Assembly: GCA_963777085.1 (NCBI GenBank)
Contig: CAVZPI010000033.1
Location: 6,633-70,632, forward strand
Direction: 5' to 3'
Length of the DNA: 64,000 nucleotides
Origin: an uncultured Actinomycetes bacterium
GTDB taxonomy: Bacteria; Actinomycetota; Actinomycetes; S36-B12
Each line of letters starts with the position of its first letter. Positions within the stretch are counted from its first letter, which is position 1. Made by a program: the position numbers and the translations under genes. Of this stretch, positions 52,973-64,000 are shown in pieces. Under the pieces are notes generated by a model that was not told the origin of the DNA, searched no databases, and saw only the letters and a program-made list of their open reading frames with translations.

Positions 52973-53829
52973 TCCGGCGGCCGAAGGGGCTGCCTGCCCC
53001 CCTCGCCGACCTGGAGCGAACGACCGTGGTCGGCGTCCTGAACGTGACGCCCGACTCGTTCTCCGACGGTGGCCAGTTCCTCGACGCGCGGGTGGCGATC
53101 GACCGTGGCGTCCGGATGCACGAGCAGGGGGCCGACATCATCGACGTGGGCGGGGAGTCCACGCGGCCCGGGGCCGTGCGCGTGCCCACCGACGAGGAGT
53201 GCCTGCGCATCCTGCCGGTCGTGCGCGGCCTGGCATCGGCGGGCGTGCCTGTCAGTATCGACACGATGCGCGCCGATACGGCCCGGGCCGCCGTGGATGC
53301 CGGCGCCTGCATCGTGAACGACGTCAGCGGTGGCCTGGCGGATCCGGGCATGCATGCTGCCGTTGCGAGCCTGGGCGTGCCCTACGTCGCCATGCACTGG
53401 CGCGGTCACGGCGATCGGATGAACCAGCTCGCGCACTACGAGGACGCCGTTGCCGACGTCATCGCCGAGCTGTCGCAGCGGGTCGACGAGGCCATCGCCG
53501 CCGGGATCGACCCGGACGCGATCGTGCTCGATCCGGGGCTGGGGTTCGCCAAGGAGTCCGACCACAACTGGCAGCTGCTGGCGGGACTGGACCGGCTGCA
53601 CGCACTGGGCCACCCCGTGCTGGTCGGCGCCTCGCGCAAGCGGTTCCTCGGCGCGGTACTTGCCGATGCAGACGGTCAGCCCCGGCCCGTGGACGAGCGC
53701 GACGCTGCGACCGATGCGATCACGGCCATCGCCGCCGTGCACGGCGTGTGGGCGGTGCGCGTCCATGACGTCCTGGGCAGCAAGGACGCCGTTCGGGTGG
53801 CCCGAGCCTGGCGGGAGGGTCATGGCTGA
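52969..53829 (+). CDS. folP: Dihydropteroate synthase
   Basis: [34 protein letters not shown]. Confidence 0.97.
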   Translation: MIRRPKGLPAPLADLERTTVVGVLNVTPDSFSDGGQFLDARVAIDRGVRMHEQGADIIDVGGESTRPGAVRVPTDEECLRILPVVRGLASAGVPVSIDTMRADTARAAVDAGACIVNDVSGGLADPGMHAAVASLGVPYVAMHWRGHGDRMNQLAHYEDAVADVIAELSQRVDEAIAAGIDPDAIVLDPGLGFAKESDHNWQLLAGLDRLHALGHPVLVGASRKRFLGAVLADADGQPRPVDERDAATDAITAIAAVHGVWAVRVHDVLGSKDAVRVARAWREGHG

Positions 53830-54199
53830 CCGGATCGTCATCACCGGGATCCGCGGGTTCGGCCACCACGGCGTCCTTGCTCACGAACGAACGGACGGCC
53901 AGGAGTTCTCGGTCGACGTGCAGCTGGCCGTGAGCACGCGGAAGGCGGCCGACACCGACTCCCTCGCCGACACCGTCGACTACGGACACGTCGCCCGGGT
54001 CGTGCACGCCCTGATCGTCGGGGAGCCCCATGACCTCGTCGAGACTCTCGCGGAGCGGATCGCGGCCGCCTGCCTTGGCTTCCCGGGCGTCGACCGGGTC
54101 CGCGTCAGCGTGCACAAGCCGCACGCGCCGATCGACGTGCCGTTCGACGACGTCGAGATCAGGATCACGCGGCGCAAGGGCCAGGTCGCCGATGCGTAG
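53822..54199 (+). CDS. folB: Dihydroneopterin aldolase
   Basis: GHHGV..ER..GQ, TVDYG, LVETLA, KPHAPI. Confidence 0.95.
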   Translation: MADRIVITGIRGFGHHGVLAHERTDGQEFSVDVQLAVSTRKAADTDSLADTVDYGHVARVVHALIVGEPHDLVETLAERIAAACLGFPGVDRVRVSVHKPHAPIDVPFDDVEIRITRRKGQVADA

Positions 54200-54713
54200 C
54201 GTTGCCCTCGGCCTCGGCTCCAATCTCGGTGACTCGGACCGGATCCTCCAGGGCGCGGTCGACGGCCTCTCGGCCATCGAGGGCCTGGAGCTGACCGCGG
54301 TCTCGCCGGTCTACGAAACCGACCCGGTCGGAGGCCCCGAGCAGCCGGCCTTCCTGAACGCCGTCGCCCTGGGGCGCACGACCCTTCGCGACCACGAGCT
54401 GCTCGCGGCAGTGCAGTCCGTCGAGCAGCACTGGCATCGCACCCGCGAGGTGCGCTGGGGGCCGCGCACTCTCGACGTCGACATCCTGGCCATCGACGAC
54501 GATCGGTCCGACGATCCCCAGGTGACCATTCCGCATCCGCGCGCCCATGAGCGGGCCTTCGTCCTCGTGCCTTGGCTCGACGTCGACCCTGACGCGACCA
54601 TCGCCGGCCGCGGCCGGGCGGCCGACCTCGTCACCCTGCTGGGCGCCGCCGGCGTCCGCCGGACGGGCATCCGACTGGTCGTGGGGCCGCACCCGGGCCA
54701 GTCGCGGACCTAG
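54192..54713 (+). CDS. folK: HPPK (hydroxymethyldihydropteridine diphosphokinase)
   Basis: LGSNLG, YETDP, RWGPRTLDVDI, PHPRAHER.FV. Confidence 0.96.
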   Translation: MRSVALGLGSNLGDSDRILQGAVDGLSAIEGLELTAVSPVYETDPVGGPEQPAFLNAVALGRTTLRDHELLAAVQSVEQHWHRTREVRWGPRTLDVDILAIDDDRSDDPQVTIPHPRAHERAFVLVPWLDVDPDATIAGRGRAADLVTLLGAAGVRRTGIRLVVGPHPGQSRT

Positions 54714-54724
54714 GCGTGGATCCG

Positions 54725-55189
54725 ATGAGACCGACCAGGATCCGGCTGCTGCTGGCCATCGCGGTGATCTCGGCCGCGGTGGGCTGGGGCATCGTCCACG
54801 TGGTGGATGCCTGGCTCGGCCGGCTTATCCCCGTGCCGTGGCTGGCCGCGGCCGCCCTCTGGCTGCTCGCCGGCGCGGTGCTCTACTGGGCGGCCGCCTC
54901 CCGACCAAGGATCCAGCGTCGTCCCGGTGCCAAGCCGATGCCGCCGCTGGTCGCCGCCAGGTCGGCGGCGCTGGCCATGGCGGCGTCGCGCATCGGGTCC
55001 CTCGTCGCGGGCTGCTACGCAGGCATCGCGGTGGCGATGCTCCCCGTCCTTGCCACGCAGACCGGCTGGGCCACATTCTGGGCCGCCTCCCTGGCCAGCC
55101 TCGGGGCGGTGACGCTCGCCGGGGCGGCGCTGTGGCTCGAGCACATCTGCCGGCTGCCGATCGGGCCACCCGACGGGGATAGGGTCTGA
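54725..55189 (+). CDS. DUF3180-like membrane protein
   Basis: Four TM segments, AAR...LAMA, WLEHICRLP; position after folK. Confidence 0.82.
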   Translation: MRPTRIRLLLAIAVISAAVGWGIVHVVDAWLGRLIPVPWLAAAALWLLAGAVLYWAAASRPRIQRRPGAKPMPPLVAARSAALAMAASRIGSLVAGCYAGIAVAMLPVLATQTGWATFWAASLASLGAVTLAGAALWLEHICRLPIGPPDGDRV

Positions 55190-55192
55190 CGC

Positions 55193-55480
55193 ATGAGCGA
55201 CACCCCCCTTGAGGACCTTCCGTTCGACGAGCTGCGCCATCGGGCCTTCCATGTCGCCGAGCACCGCAGGGACCTCGGCTTCTTCACGGACCTGTTCTCG
55301 CACATGCCCGGGATGATGGCGATCGAGGGCGAGGGCGGCGACCTCGGTGCGGTCGGCGGCACGTTCATCGAGACCGTGCGGGCGGTTCGCGAGCTGCTCG
55401 GCGACAAGAAGCTGGACGACACCACGGAGGCGCTGCTCCGTGCCCGGTTCGTGAGCTACCTGAAGGAGAACGACACGTAG
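55193..55480 (+). CDS. Hypothetical protein (95 aa)
   Basis: Starts 3 nt after upstream stop; the mirror copy shows synonymous substitutions, consistent with coding. Confidence 0.75.
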   Translation: MSDTPLEDLPFDELRHRAFHVAEHRRDLGFFTDLFSHMPGMMAIEGEGGDLGAVGGTFIETVRAVRELLGDKKLDDTTEALLRARFVSYLKENDT

Positions 55481-55498
55481 CAGTCGGCACGACCTATA

Positions 55499-56635
55499 TC
55501 AGCGGTCGACGTCGCCGACCACGAAGAAGAACGACATCACCGCGTCGGCGAGGTCGTCCAGCCTCGTCCCGACAACGGCGTTGCGGATGGCCTGGACGTT
55601 GTTGAAGGACGCCGACCGGATCTTCAGGCGCCAGGGCGTCCTGTCGCCGACACTGGCCAGCAGTGCCCCGCTGATGCCCAGCGGGCCCTCGATCCAGGAG
55701 TGCGTGACGCCCTCCGGCACCTTGACGGTCTTGGGCAGTCGCACGTCGATCGGGCCAGGGCCGAGCAGCACCAGCCGATCGACGCACGCCGACATCAGGT
55801 CCAGGCTGACGGGGACCTGCTCCAGCAGCACCTCGTAGCGGGCGGCGGCGTCGCCCGCGCTGCGGGTGGGCACCGTGAGCAGCTCGCCCAGCTCGGCGTA
55901 CGCCAGGTAGGAGTCGTCGCGCCGCAGATCGAGATCCACCCCACTGGCCCGGGCCACTGGGCCACTGGCGCCGAACCCGACGGCCTCCTCGCGGCGAAGC
56001 GGGGCCAGGCCGCGCAGCCCGTCGGCGAGGAGCAGCACCGCGTCGGCCACGCGGGGAAGGCCGGCGCGAAGGTCGGCGACGATCGCGGCGTAGTGCGCGA
56101 GCACCTCCGCTCCCAGGGGCGCGGCGATGCCGCCGATCCTCGTGAACATCGGATGGACGCGCCCGCCGGTGGCCCGCTCCTGGGCGTCGACGAGTCGCTC
56201 CCGCGAGGCGAGCACCCGCGCGCGGTCCTCGTACGCCGGAAGCACCGCGCCGAGGAAGGCGAGAGCAACGGCAACGCGGTTCGCCTCGGCGAGCAGCGTG
56301 CGGGTCCACGTCGCCCGCTCGGGCGGCGTGATCCCGGTGGCCGCTTCGATCGCCAGGCCGATGCCGAGCTCGGAGGAGAAGGCGGAGAGCCAGTCGTGGC
56401 GGTTCGCGAGCATCATGATCTGGCGGTAGTCGCGCGCCTCGAACAGCTTCTCGGATCCGCGGTGCATGAGTCCCATGCGGATGTCGGTCCGCTGGACGAC
56501 GCCGTCCTCGACCCGGACCTGGAGCTGGAAGCCGGCATGGCCGGAGGGGTGGAAGTCGCGCAGGGGCAGGGTCGCGTCGCACTCCAGATGCGCCCCGACC
56601 CCGACGCCGATGAGCAGTTCCTGAGTCGTCGTCAC
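55499..56635 (-). CDS. Stand-alone NADH-quinone oxidoreductase subunit D-like protein
   Basis: HPS.H, GLMHRGSEKLFE, RHDWLS, SGPVARASG, EGPLG, RSASF, VGDVDR. Confidence 0.9.
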   Translation of the reverse strand: MTTTQELLIGVGVGAHLECDATLPLRDFHPSGHAGFQLQVRVEDGVVQRTDIRMGLMHRGSEKLFEARDYRQIMMLANRHDWLSAFSSELGIGLAIEAATGITPPERATWTRTLLAEANRVAVALAFLGAVLPAYEDRARVLASRERLVDAQERATGGRVHPMFTRIGGIAAPLGAEVLAHYAAIVADLRAGLPRVADAVLLLADGLRGLAPLRREEAVGFGASGPVARASGVDLDLRRDDSYLAYAELGELLTVPTRSAGDAAARYEVLLEQVPVSLDLMSACVDRLVLLGPGPIDVRLPKTVKVPEGVTHSWIEGPLGISGALLASVGDRTPWRLKIRSASFNNVQAIRNAVVGTRLDDLADAVMSFFFVVGDVDR

Positions 56636-56772
56636 GGGGTCATGCTCCCATCTCCTGGACCAGCCACCAGAAGTCGTCGGTCCCCGGGGACGGGGCAAGG
56701 TGCGTACGCCGTGCGCGAGTCGCCGCCGCGCAGGCGTCCATCGCGACGTGCGCGGTGAGGTTGCACGACCTG

Positions 56773-57515
56773 CTCGACCGGCACGGCACCGTGACCGTCA
56801 CGGATGTCGGGGCGGGTGACGGGACGCTCTGCGGCAGCTCGCCCGCCTGTGCCCTCCGACCTCGCCGCCGGCATCCGCTGGCGTGGCGTCGACCTGCGGT
56901 CACGGCCGGTCACCCTGCCTGCGCAGATCGAGTGGATCCGCGGTGACCTGCGGCGCATCGCGCCGGAGCTGGCGCCCGCGGCCGGGATGGTCGTCGCCCA
57001 CGAGGTGCTCGACGACGTTCCGTGCGACGTCGTGGAGATCGACGACGACGGCAGGCCTCGCCTCGTGACCGTCGACCCCGTCACCGGGATGTCCTTCCTC
57101 GGGCCGGATCTCGACGACGCCGAGGCGTGCCATCACCTCGGCGTGGACGCGACCCGGGCGCGCGCCTGGCTTGCCCGCTGGTGGCCCGGTGGGGAGCCGG
57201 CCGCGCGCCGCGAGGTCGGAGCCGACGGGACGACGCCTGGCGGTCCATGACCGGGCTGGTGCTCGAGGGCCTGGCGGTGGCCGTCGACTACGGCCACGTC
57301 CGGGCCGATCGGGTGGCCGGCGCCTGGGACGGTGGCACGCTCGCGGCGTACCGGCGGGGCCGGCTCGTCTCTGCCGTGCCGGACGGTCGTGCAACCTCAC
57401 CGCGCACGTCGCGATGGACGCCTGCGCGGCGGCGACTCGCGCACGGCGTACGCGACCTCGACCCGTCCCCGGGACCGACGACTTCTGGTGGCTGGTCCAG
57501 GAGATGGGAGCATGA
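56773..57515 (+). pseudogene. MidA/NDUFAF7-like SAM-dependent methyltransferase, 5'-truncated at the inversion junction and frameshifted; its 3' end is mirrored at 56640-56770 (-)
   Basis: DVGAGDG, AHEVLDDVP, VDYGH, GTLAAY, NLTAHV, FWWL motifs spread over three frames. Confidence 0.75.
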
Positions 57516-57519
57516 CCCC

Positions 57520-58659
57520 GTGACGACGACTCAGGAACTGCTCATCGGCGTCGGGGTCGGGGCGCATCTGGAGTGCGACGCGACCCTGCCCCTGCGCGAC
57601 TTCCACCCCTCGGCGCACGCCGGCTTCCAGCTCCAGGTCCGGGTCGAGGACGGCGTCGTCCAGCGGACCGACATCCGCATGGGACTCATGCACCGCGGAT
57701 CCGAGAAGCTGTTCGAGTCGCGTGACTACCGCCAGATCGATGATGCTGGCGAACCGCCACGACTGGCTCTCCGCCTTCTCCTCCGAGCTCGGCATCGGCC
57801 TGGCGATCGAAGCGGCCACGGGGATCATGCCGCCCGAGCGGGCGACGTGGACCCGCACGCTGCTCGCCGAGGCGAACCGCGTTGCCGTTGCTCTCGCCTT
57901 CCTCGGCGCGGTGCTTCCGGCGCACGAGGACCGCGCGCGGGTGCTCGCCTCGCGGGAGCGACTCGTCGACGCCCAGGAGCGGGCCACCGGCGGGCGCGTC
58001 CATCCGATGTTCACGAGGATCGGCGGCATCGCCGCGCCCCTGGGAGCGGAGGTGCTCGCGCGACTACGCCGCGATCGTCGCCGACCTTCGCGCCGGCCTT
58101 CCCCGCGTGGCCGACGCGGTGCTGCTCCTCGCCGACGGGCTGCGCGGCCTGGCCCCGCTTCGCCGCGAGGAGGCCGTCGGGTTCGGCGCCAGCGGCCCAG
58201 TGGCCCGGGCCAGTGGCCTGGACCTCGATCTGCGGCGCGACGACTCCTACCTGGCGTACGCCGAGCTGGGCGAGCTGCTCACGGTGCCCATCCGCACCGC
58301 GGGCGACGCCGCCGCCCGCTACGAGGTGCTGCTGGAGCAGGTGCCGTCGAGCCTGGACCTGATGTCGGCGTGCGTCGATCGGCTGGTGCTGCTCGGTCCT
58401 GGCCCGATCGACGTGCCGACTGCCCAAGACCGTCAAGGTGCCGGAGGGCGTCACGCACTCCTGGATCGAGGGCCCGCTGGGCATCAGCGGGGCACTGCTG
58501 GCCAGCGTCGGCGACAGGACGCCCTGGCGCCTGAAGATCCGGTCGGCGTCCTTCAACAACGTCCAGGCCATCGGCCACGCCGTCGTCGGGACGAGGCTGG
58601 ACGACCTCGCCGACGCGGTGATGTCGTTCTTCTTCGTGGTCGGCGACGTCGACCGCTGA
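57520..58659 (+). pseudogene. Mirror copy of nuoD-like gene, several frameshifts
   Basis: Same peptides as 55499-56635 across changing frames. Confidence 0.85.
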
Positions 58660-58677
58660 TATAGGTCGTGCCGACTG

Positions 58678-59442
58678 CTACGTGTCGTTCTCCTCCAGGT
58701 AGCTCACGAACCGGGCACGGAGCAGCGCCTCCGTGGTGTCGTCCAGCTTCTTGTCGCCGAGCAGCTCGCGAACCGCCCGCACGGTCTCGATGAACGTGCC
58801 GCCGACCGCACCGAGGTCGCCGCCCTCGCCCTCGATCGCGATCATCCCGGGCATGTGCGAGAACAGGTCCGGTGAAGAAGCCGACGTCCATGCGGTGCTC
58901 GGCGACGTGGAAGGCCCGTTGACGCAACTCGTCGAACGGCAGGTCCTCGAGGGGGGTCTCGCTCATGGCCAGACCCTATCCGGCAAGGTCGTCCGGCGGT
59001 TCGACGGGCAACCGACAGACATGTTCAAGCCACAGCGCCGAGATCGTCAGGGTCACGGCGCCCAGCGCGGCGAGTGAGGCGGCCCAGAACGTGGCCGAGC
59101 CGGAGGGGGTGCCAACGACGGGATCATGCCGATCGCGACGCCCGCATAGAAGCCGGCGACCAGCGCACCGATGCGCGACGCCGCCATCGCCAGCGCCGCC
59201 GTCCTGGCGGCGACCAGCGGCGGCATCGGCTTGGCACCGGGCCGCGCTGGAGTCGGGGTCGGCACGCGACCGTCCAGTAGAGCACCGCGCCCGCCACGAG
59301 CCACAGGGCGGCCGCGGCCAGCCACGGAACCGGGACGAGTCGGCCGAGCCAGGCATCGACCAACGTGGACGACGCCCCAGCCGATCACCGCGGCCGAGAC
59401 ACCGCGAGGCACAGAGCAGCCGGATCCGGGTCGGTCTTCATC
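58678..59442 (-). pseudogene. Mirror copies of the 95-aa gene and DUF3180 gene, diverged and frameshifted
   Basis: MSETPLEDLPFDELRQRAF and WLEHVCRLPVEPPDDLAG versus the arm-1 variants. Confidence 0.8.
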
Positions 59443-59452
59443 GGATCCACGC

Positions 59453-61800
59453 CCAGGTCCGCGACTGGCCCGGGTGCGGCCCCACGACCAGACGGATGCC
59501 GTCGGCGGACGCCGGCGGCGCCCAGCAGGGCGACGAGGTCGGCCGCCGGCCGCGGCCGGCGATGGTCGCGTCAGGGTCGACGTCGAGCCAAGGGACGAGG
59601 ACGAAGGCCCGCTCATGGGCGCGCGGATGCGGGATGGTCACCTGGGGATCGTCGGACCGATCGTCGTCGACGGCCAGGATGTCGACGTCCAGCGTGCGCG
59701 GCCCCAGTGCACCTCGCGCGTGCGATGCCAGTGCTGCTCGACGGACTGCACGGCGGCGAGCAGCTCGTGGTCGCGAAGGGTCGTGCGCCCGAGGGCGACG
59801 GCGTTCAGGAAGGCCGGCTGCTCGGGGCCTCCGACGGGATCGGTCTCGTAGACCGGCGAGACCGCGGTCAGCACCAGTCCCTCGATGGCCGAGAGGCCGT
59901 CGACCGCGCCCTGAAGGATCCGGTCCGAGTCACCGAGATTGGAGCCGAGGCCGAGGGCGACGCTACGCATCGGCGACCTGGCCCTTGCGCCGCGTGATCC
60001 TGATCTCGACGTCGTCGAACGGCACGACGATCGGCGCGTGCGGCTTGTGCACGCTGACGCGGACCCGGTCGACGCCCGGGAAGCCAAGGCAGGCGGCCGC
60101 GATCCGCTCCGCGAGAGTCTCGACGAGGTCATGGGGCTCCCCGACGATCAGGGCGTGCACGACCCGGGCGACGTGTCCGTAGTCGACGGTGTCGGCGAGG
60201 GAGTCGGTGTCGGCCGCCTTCCGCGTGCTCACGGCCAGCTGCACGTCGACCGAGAACTCCTGGCCGTCCGTTCGTTCGTGAGCAAGGACGCCGTGGTGGC
60301 CGAACCCGCGGATCCCGGTGATGACGATCCGGTCAGCCATGACCCTCCCGCCAGGCTCGGGCCACCCGAACGGCGTCCTTGCTGCCCAGGACGTCATGGA
60401 CGCGCACCGCCCACACGCCGTGCACGGCGGCGATGGCCGTGATCGCATCGGTCGCAGCGTCGCGCTCGTCCACGGGCCGGGGCTGACCGTCTGCATCGGC
60501 AAGTACCGCGCCGAGGAACCGCTTGCGCGAGGCGCCGACCAGCACGGGGTGGCCCAGTGCGTGCAGCCGGTCCAGTCCCGCCAGCAGCTGCCAGTTGTGG
60601 TCGGACTCCTTGGCGAACCCCAGCCCCGGATCGAGCACGATCGCGTCCGGGTCGATCCCGGCGGCGATGGCCTCGTCGACCCGCTGCGACAGCTCGGCGA
60701 TGACGTCGGCAACGGCGTCCTCGTAGTGCGCGAGCTGGTTCATCCGATCGCCGTGACCGCGCCAGTGCATGGCGACGTAGGGCACGCCCAGGCTCGCAAC
60801 GGCAGCATGCATGCCCGGATCCGCCAGGCCACCGCTGACGTCGTTCACGATGCAGGCGCCGGCATCCACGGCGGCCCGGGCCGTGTCGGCGCGCATCGTG
60901 TCGATACTGACAGGCACGCCCGCCGATGCCAGGCCGCGCACGACCGGCAGGATGCGCAGGCACTCCTCGTCGGTGGGCACGCGCACGGCCCCGGGCCGCG
61001 TGGACTCCCCGCCCACGTCGATGATGTCGGCCCCCTGCTCGTGCATCCGGACGCCACGGTCGATCGCCACCCGCGCGTCGAGGAACTGGCCACCGTCGGA
61101 GAACGAGTCGGGCGTCACGTTCAGGACGCCGACCACGGTCGTTCGCTCCAGGTCGGCGAGGGGGCAGGCAGCCCCTTCGGCCGCCGGATCATCGACCCAG
61201 GATCAGCGACATCGCCTCGGCCCGGGTGGCGGGGTCGAGGAGGCGACCGCGCACCGCGCTGGTCATGGTCTTGGCTCCCGGCTTGCGCACCCCGCGCATG
61301 GACATGCACAGGTGCTCCGCCTCGAGCACGACGATCGCGCCACGCGGCTCCAGGATTCGCATGAGGGAGTCGGCGATCTGCGTCGTCAGCCGCTCCTGCA
61401 CCTGCGGTCGCTTGGCGAAGACGTCGACGAGCCGGGCGAGCTTGGACAGGCCCGTGATGCGCCCGTTCTCGTTCGGGATGTAGCCGATGTGGGCGACGCC
61501 GTGGAAGGGCACCAGGTGGTGCTCGCAGGTGCTGTAGAGCTCGATGTCCTTGACCAGCACCATCTCGTCGTGCCCGAGGTCGAAGGTCGTCGCGAGGACG
61601 TCGTCGGCCGTCATGTAGAGGCCGCGGAACATCTCCGCGTAGGCACGTGCGACGCGGGCCGGCGTCTGCTGGAGGCCGTCGCGCTCGGGGTCATCGCCGA
61701 TCGCGACGAGCAGGTCGCGCACGGCACGCTCCACTGCCGCGGCGTCGAATGGGCGCAGCGGACGCCCCTCGGGCAGCGAGACGGCGTTGATGCTGCTCAT
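59453..61800 (-). other. Mirror copies of folK (frameshifted), folB (intact, 59963-60340), folP (5' frameshift, 60333-61192) and folE (intact, 61189-61800)
   Basis: Near-identical reverse complement of 52361-54713. Confidence 0.9.
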
Positions 61801-63770
61801 GCGGGGTCGCTGCACCTCGGCCGACTCATCGGCCGCGTGGCCCTGCGACGCGGCCCGGCCGTTCGCCGCGGCCCGGCCGTTCGCCGAGCCCTGACCGTTC
61901 CCCGACGCCAGTTCGGTGGGCGTGCTGACGGGGCCTCGGTCGTCCGGGCGGCGGCGCGCCGAGCCCGTCCACGGCGGTCGCACCTCGCGCAGCTGAAGGG
62001 CCGCGAAGATCTCCTCGATCTCGGACTTGTCGAGGGTCTCGCGCTCGAGCAGGGCCAGGACCATGGCGTCGAGGATGTCGCGGTTCGCGACGAGCAGGTC
62101 GTATGCCTCCTGGTGCGCCGACTCGATGAAGCCCCGCACCTCCTCGTCGATGGCTGCCGCCACCTCCTCGGAGTAGTCGCGGATGTGGCCCATGTCGCGA
62201 CCGAGGAACACCTCGTTCTGCTCCTGGCCGATACCGGATCGCACCGAGCCGCTCGGTCATTCCGTACTGGGTGACCATGGCTCGCGCCACCGCGGTCGCC
62301 TTCTCGATGTCGTTCGACGCACCGGTCGTCGGATCGTGGAAGATGAGCTCCTCGGCTGCCCGGCCGCCGAGCATGTACGCGAGCTGGTTGAGCATCTCGC
62401 TTCGAGTCGTCGAGTACTTGTCCTGGTCGGGCAGCACCATCGTGTAGCCCAGCGCCCGGCCCCGCGGCATGATCGTGATCTTGTGAACGGGGTCGTTGCC
62501 CGGCAGTGCTGCCGCTACCAGGGCGTGCCCCGCCTCGTGATAGGCGGTGATCTTCTTCTCGCGGTCGTCCATCACCCGGGTGCGCTTCTGCGGGCCGGCG
62601 ATGACGCGGTCGATGGCCTCGTCCAGGGCCACGTCGTCGATCAGCTGCGCACCGGTGCGCGCGGTCAGCAGGGCGGCCTCGTTGAGCACGTTGGCCAGGT
62701 CCGCACCGGTGAATCCGGGGGTGCGCCTGGCCACGGCGAGCAGGTCGACCGCAGGTGCCATCGGCTTGCCCTTGGCATGGACCTTGAGGATCTCGAAACG
62801 GCCGTTCAGGTCGGGACGCTCCACCGCGATCTGCCGGTCGAAGCGGCCCGGACGCAGAAGTGCCGGGTCGAGGATGTCGGGCCGGTTCGTCGCCGCGATG
62901 AGGATGACGTTGGCGTTGACGTCGAACCCGTCCATCTCGACGAGCATCTGGTTCAGGGTCTGCTCGCGCTCGTCGTGACCGCCGCCGAGCCCGGCACCGC
63001 GGTGCCGGCCCACCGCGTCGATCTCGTCGACGAAGATGATGGCCGGCGCGTTCTCCTTGGCCTGCTGGAAGAGGTCGCGTACGCGGCTCGCGCCGACGCC
63101 CACCAACATCTCGATGAAGTCCGAGCCGGAGATGGAGAAGAACGAACGCTGGCCTCCCGCCGACCGCAGCGAGGAGGGTCTGCCCGCCCGGCGGGCCGAA
63201 CAACAACACGTCCTTGGGGATTTGGCGCCGACGGCCCGGACCTGCTGGGTCCCAGGGTCCGACCCTGCAGCTCCTCGACGCCTCTGCACGCTGTGCATCG
63301 GCGAAGGTCGTCCTGCTGGGCACGTCCTTGGTGACGATCTTCGCCTTGGACTCGCCGAACTGCATGACCTTCGTGAGCTGCAGCCGCCTGCATCTGGCCG
63401 ATCAGGAAGAAGAACAGAAACACCCACCAGGGCGACCTGGAACAGCGACACGAAGGAGGGTGACGAGGACGCCTCGGTCGGCACGCACCACGTCGAAGTG
63501 TGGGGTTGGCCGGTATTGGCCTTGGACCAGGCCTCCGCAGGTTCATGTGGCGTCGACGTACTGCTTGGTCTTCGTGCCATTGGTCAGGCGCTCCACGGAC
63601 CTGGTCGGCGACGATGGTCGTGGTGTCGACCTTGTCGGACTTGACGTCGGAGACGGCCATGCTTGTCGACCTGCTCGGGGGTGCCGATGCGAGAGACGCT
63701 CGAGCCGATCAGCACGAAGAAGATGGCCATGGCGATCCAGAAGATCGGGCGGCGCAAGATCCTCATCCAC
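61797..63770 (-). pseudogene. ftsH: Mirror copy of ftsH, heavily indel-degraded beyond about 63100
   Basis: Near-identical central part; scrambled Walker A and N-terminus. Confidence 0.88.
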
Positions 63771-64000
63771 CGGATCACGGTACGACGGCAGCCGACGCGG
63801 CCACGACGGCGCGCAGACGCACGCCGTTACGCCGCCGCGTAGGGGTGGTGGCGCTGGCGGGATCGACGGTGGGGACCGGGCCGACGGGCGAGCAGACCCC
63901 GAGGGGCAAACCGCCGAACGAGGGGAAGCAGCGGCGACATTGTAATCGTCGGAGGGTCGTGGCGGGGATGAGCGGCGGCCACTGACTGCGCGCTCGACCG

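Larger units (their letters stand above)
50114..64000. repeat. About 6.6-kb inverted duplication: arm 1 about 50114-56770, spacer about 56771-57384, arm 2 about 57385-64000 (runs off window)
   Basis: Genes from nuoD-like to ftsH and the reductase start recur in reverse-complement order. Confidence 0.97.

Noticed and set aside
56640..57520. Covalently closed hairpin telomere of a linear replicon
   Set aside because: The centre is a ~600-bp unique spacer inside a truncated gene, not a perfect palindrome, and no protelomerase is present
61189..62244. FtsH-FolE fusion ORF (351 aa)
   Set aside because: Created by indels in the mirror arm; arm 1 has separate ftsH and folE
57520..63770. Genuine second ftsH-fol operon or true pseudogenes
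   Set aside because: Mirror geometry and an error gradient toward the window end favour an artefact; cannot be counted without read support

Overview
High-GC actinobacterial chromosomal segment, mostly housekeeping and metabolic genes; no CRISPR array, tRNA/rRNA, transposase or phage genes were recognised. In order: RAMA-domain protein, GGDEF-EAL protein, kynA, membrane and secreted proteins, TPP-riboswitch-controlled thiBPQ, a DUF6421-SDR-threonine aldolase operon, DEAD-box helicase, moeA, a phosphate-starvation island (phoX-like, arsR-acr3, pit, pstCAB, two pstS-like genes) with several PHO-box-like 11-bp repeats, two sulfur-handling operons (sqr-tusE-dsrE, and CoA-disulfide reductase/rhodanese-sqr-47 aa peptide) sharing an ATACCC-N4-GGGTAT operator, the conserved ppa/dacB/tilS/hpt/ftsH/folEPBK block, and a stand-alone nuoD-like gene paired with a MidA/NDUFAF7-like methyltransferase. 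About 57385-64000 is an inverted copy of about 50114-56770, joined at an 11-bp microhomology inside the methyltransferase gene. That copy has one patch of synonymous divergence and decays in quality toward the end, so it is most likely a fold-back chimera or strain-mixed assembly. Single-base frameshifts in otherwise intact genes also point to consensus error. All family assignments come from motif recognition, not from database searches.
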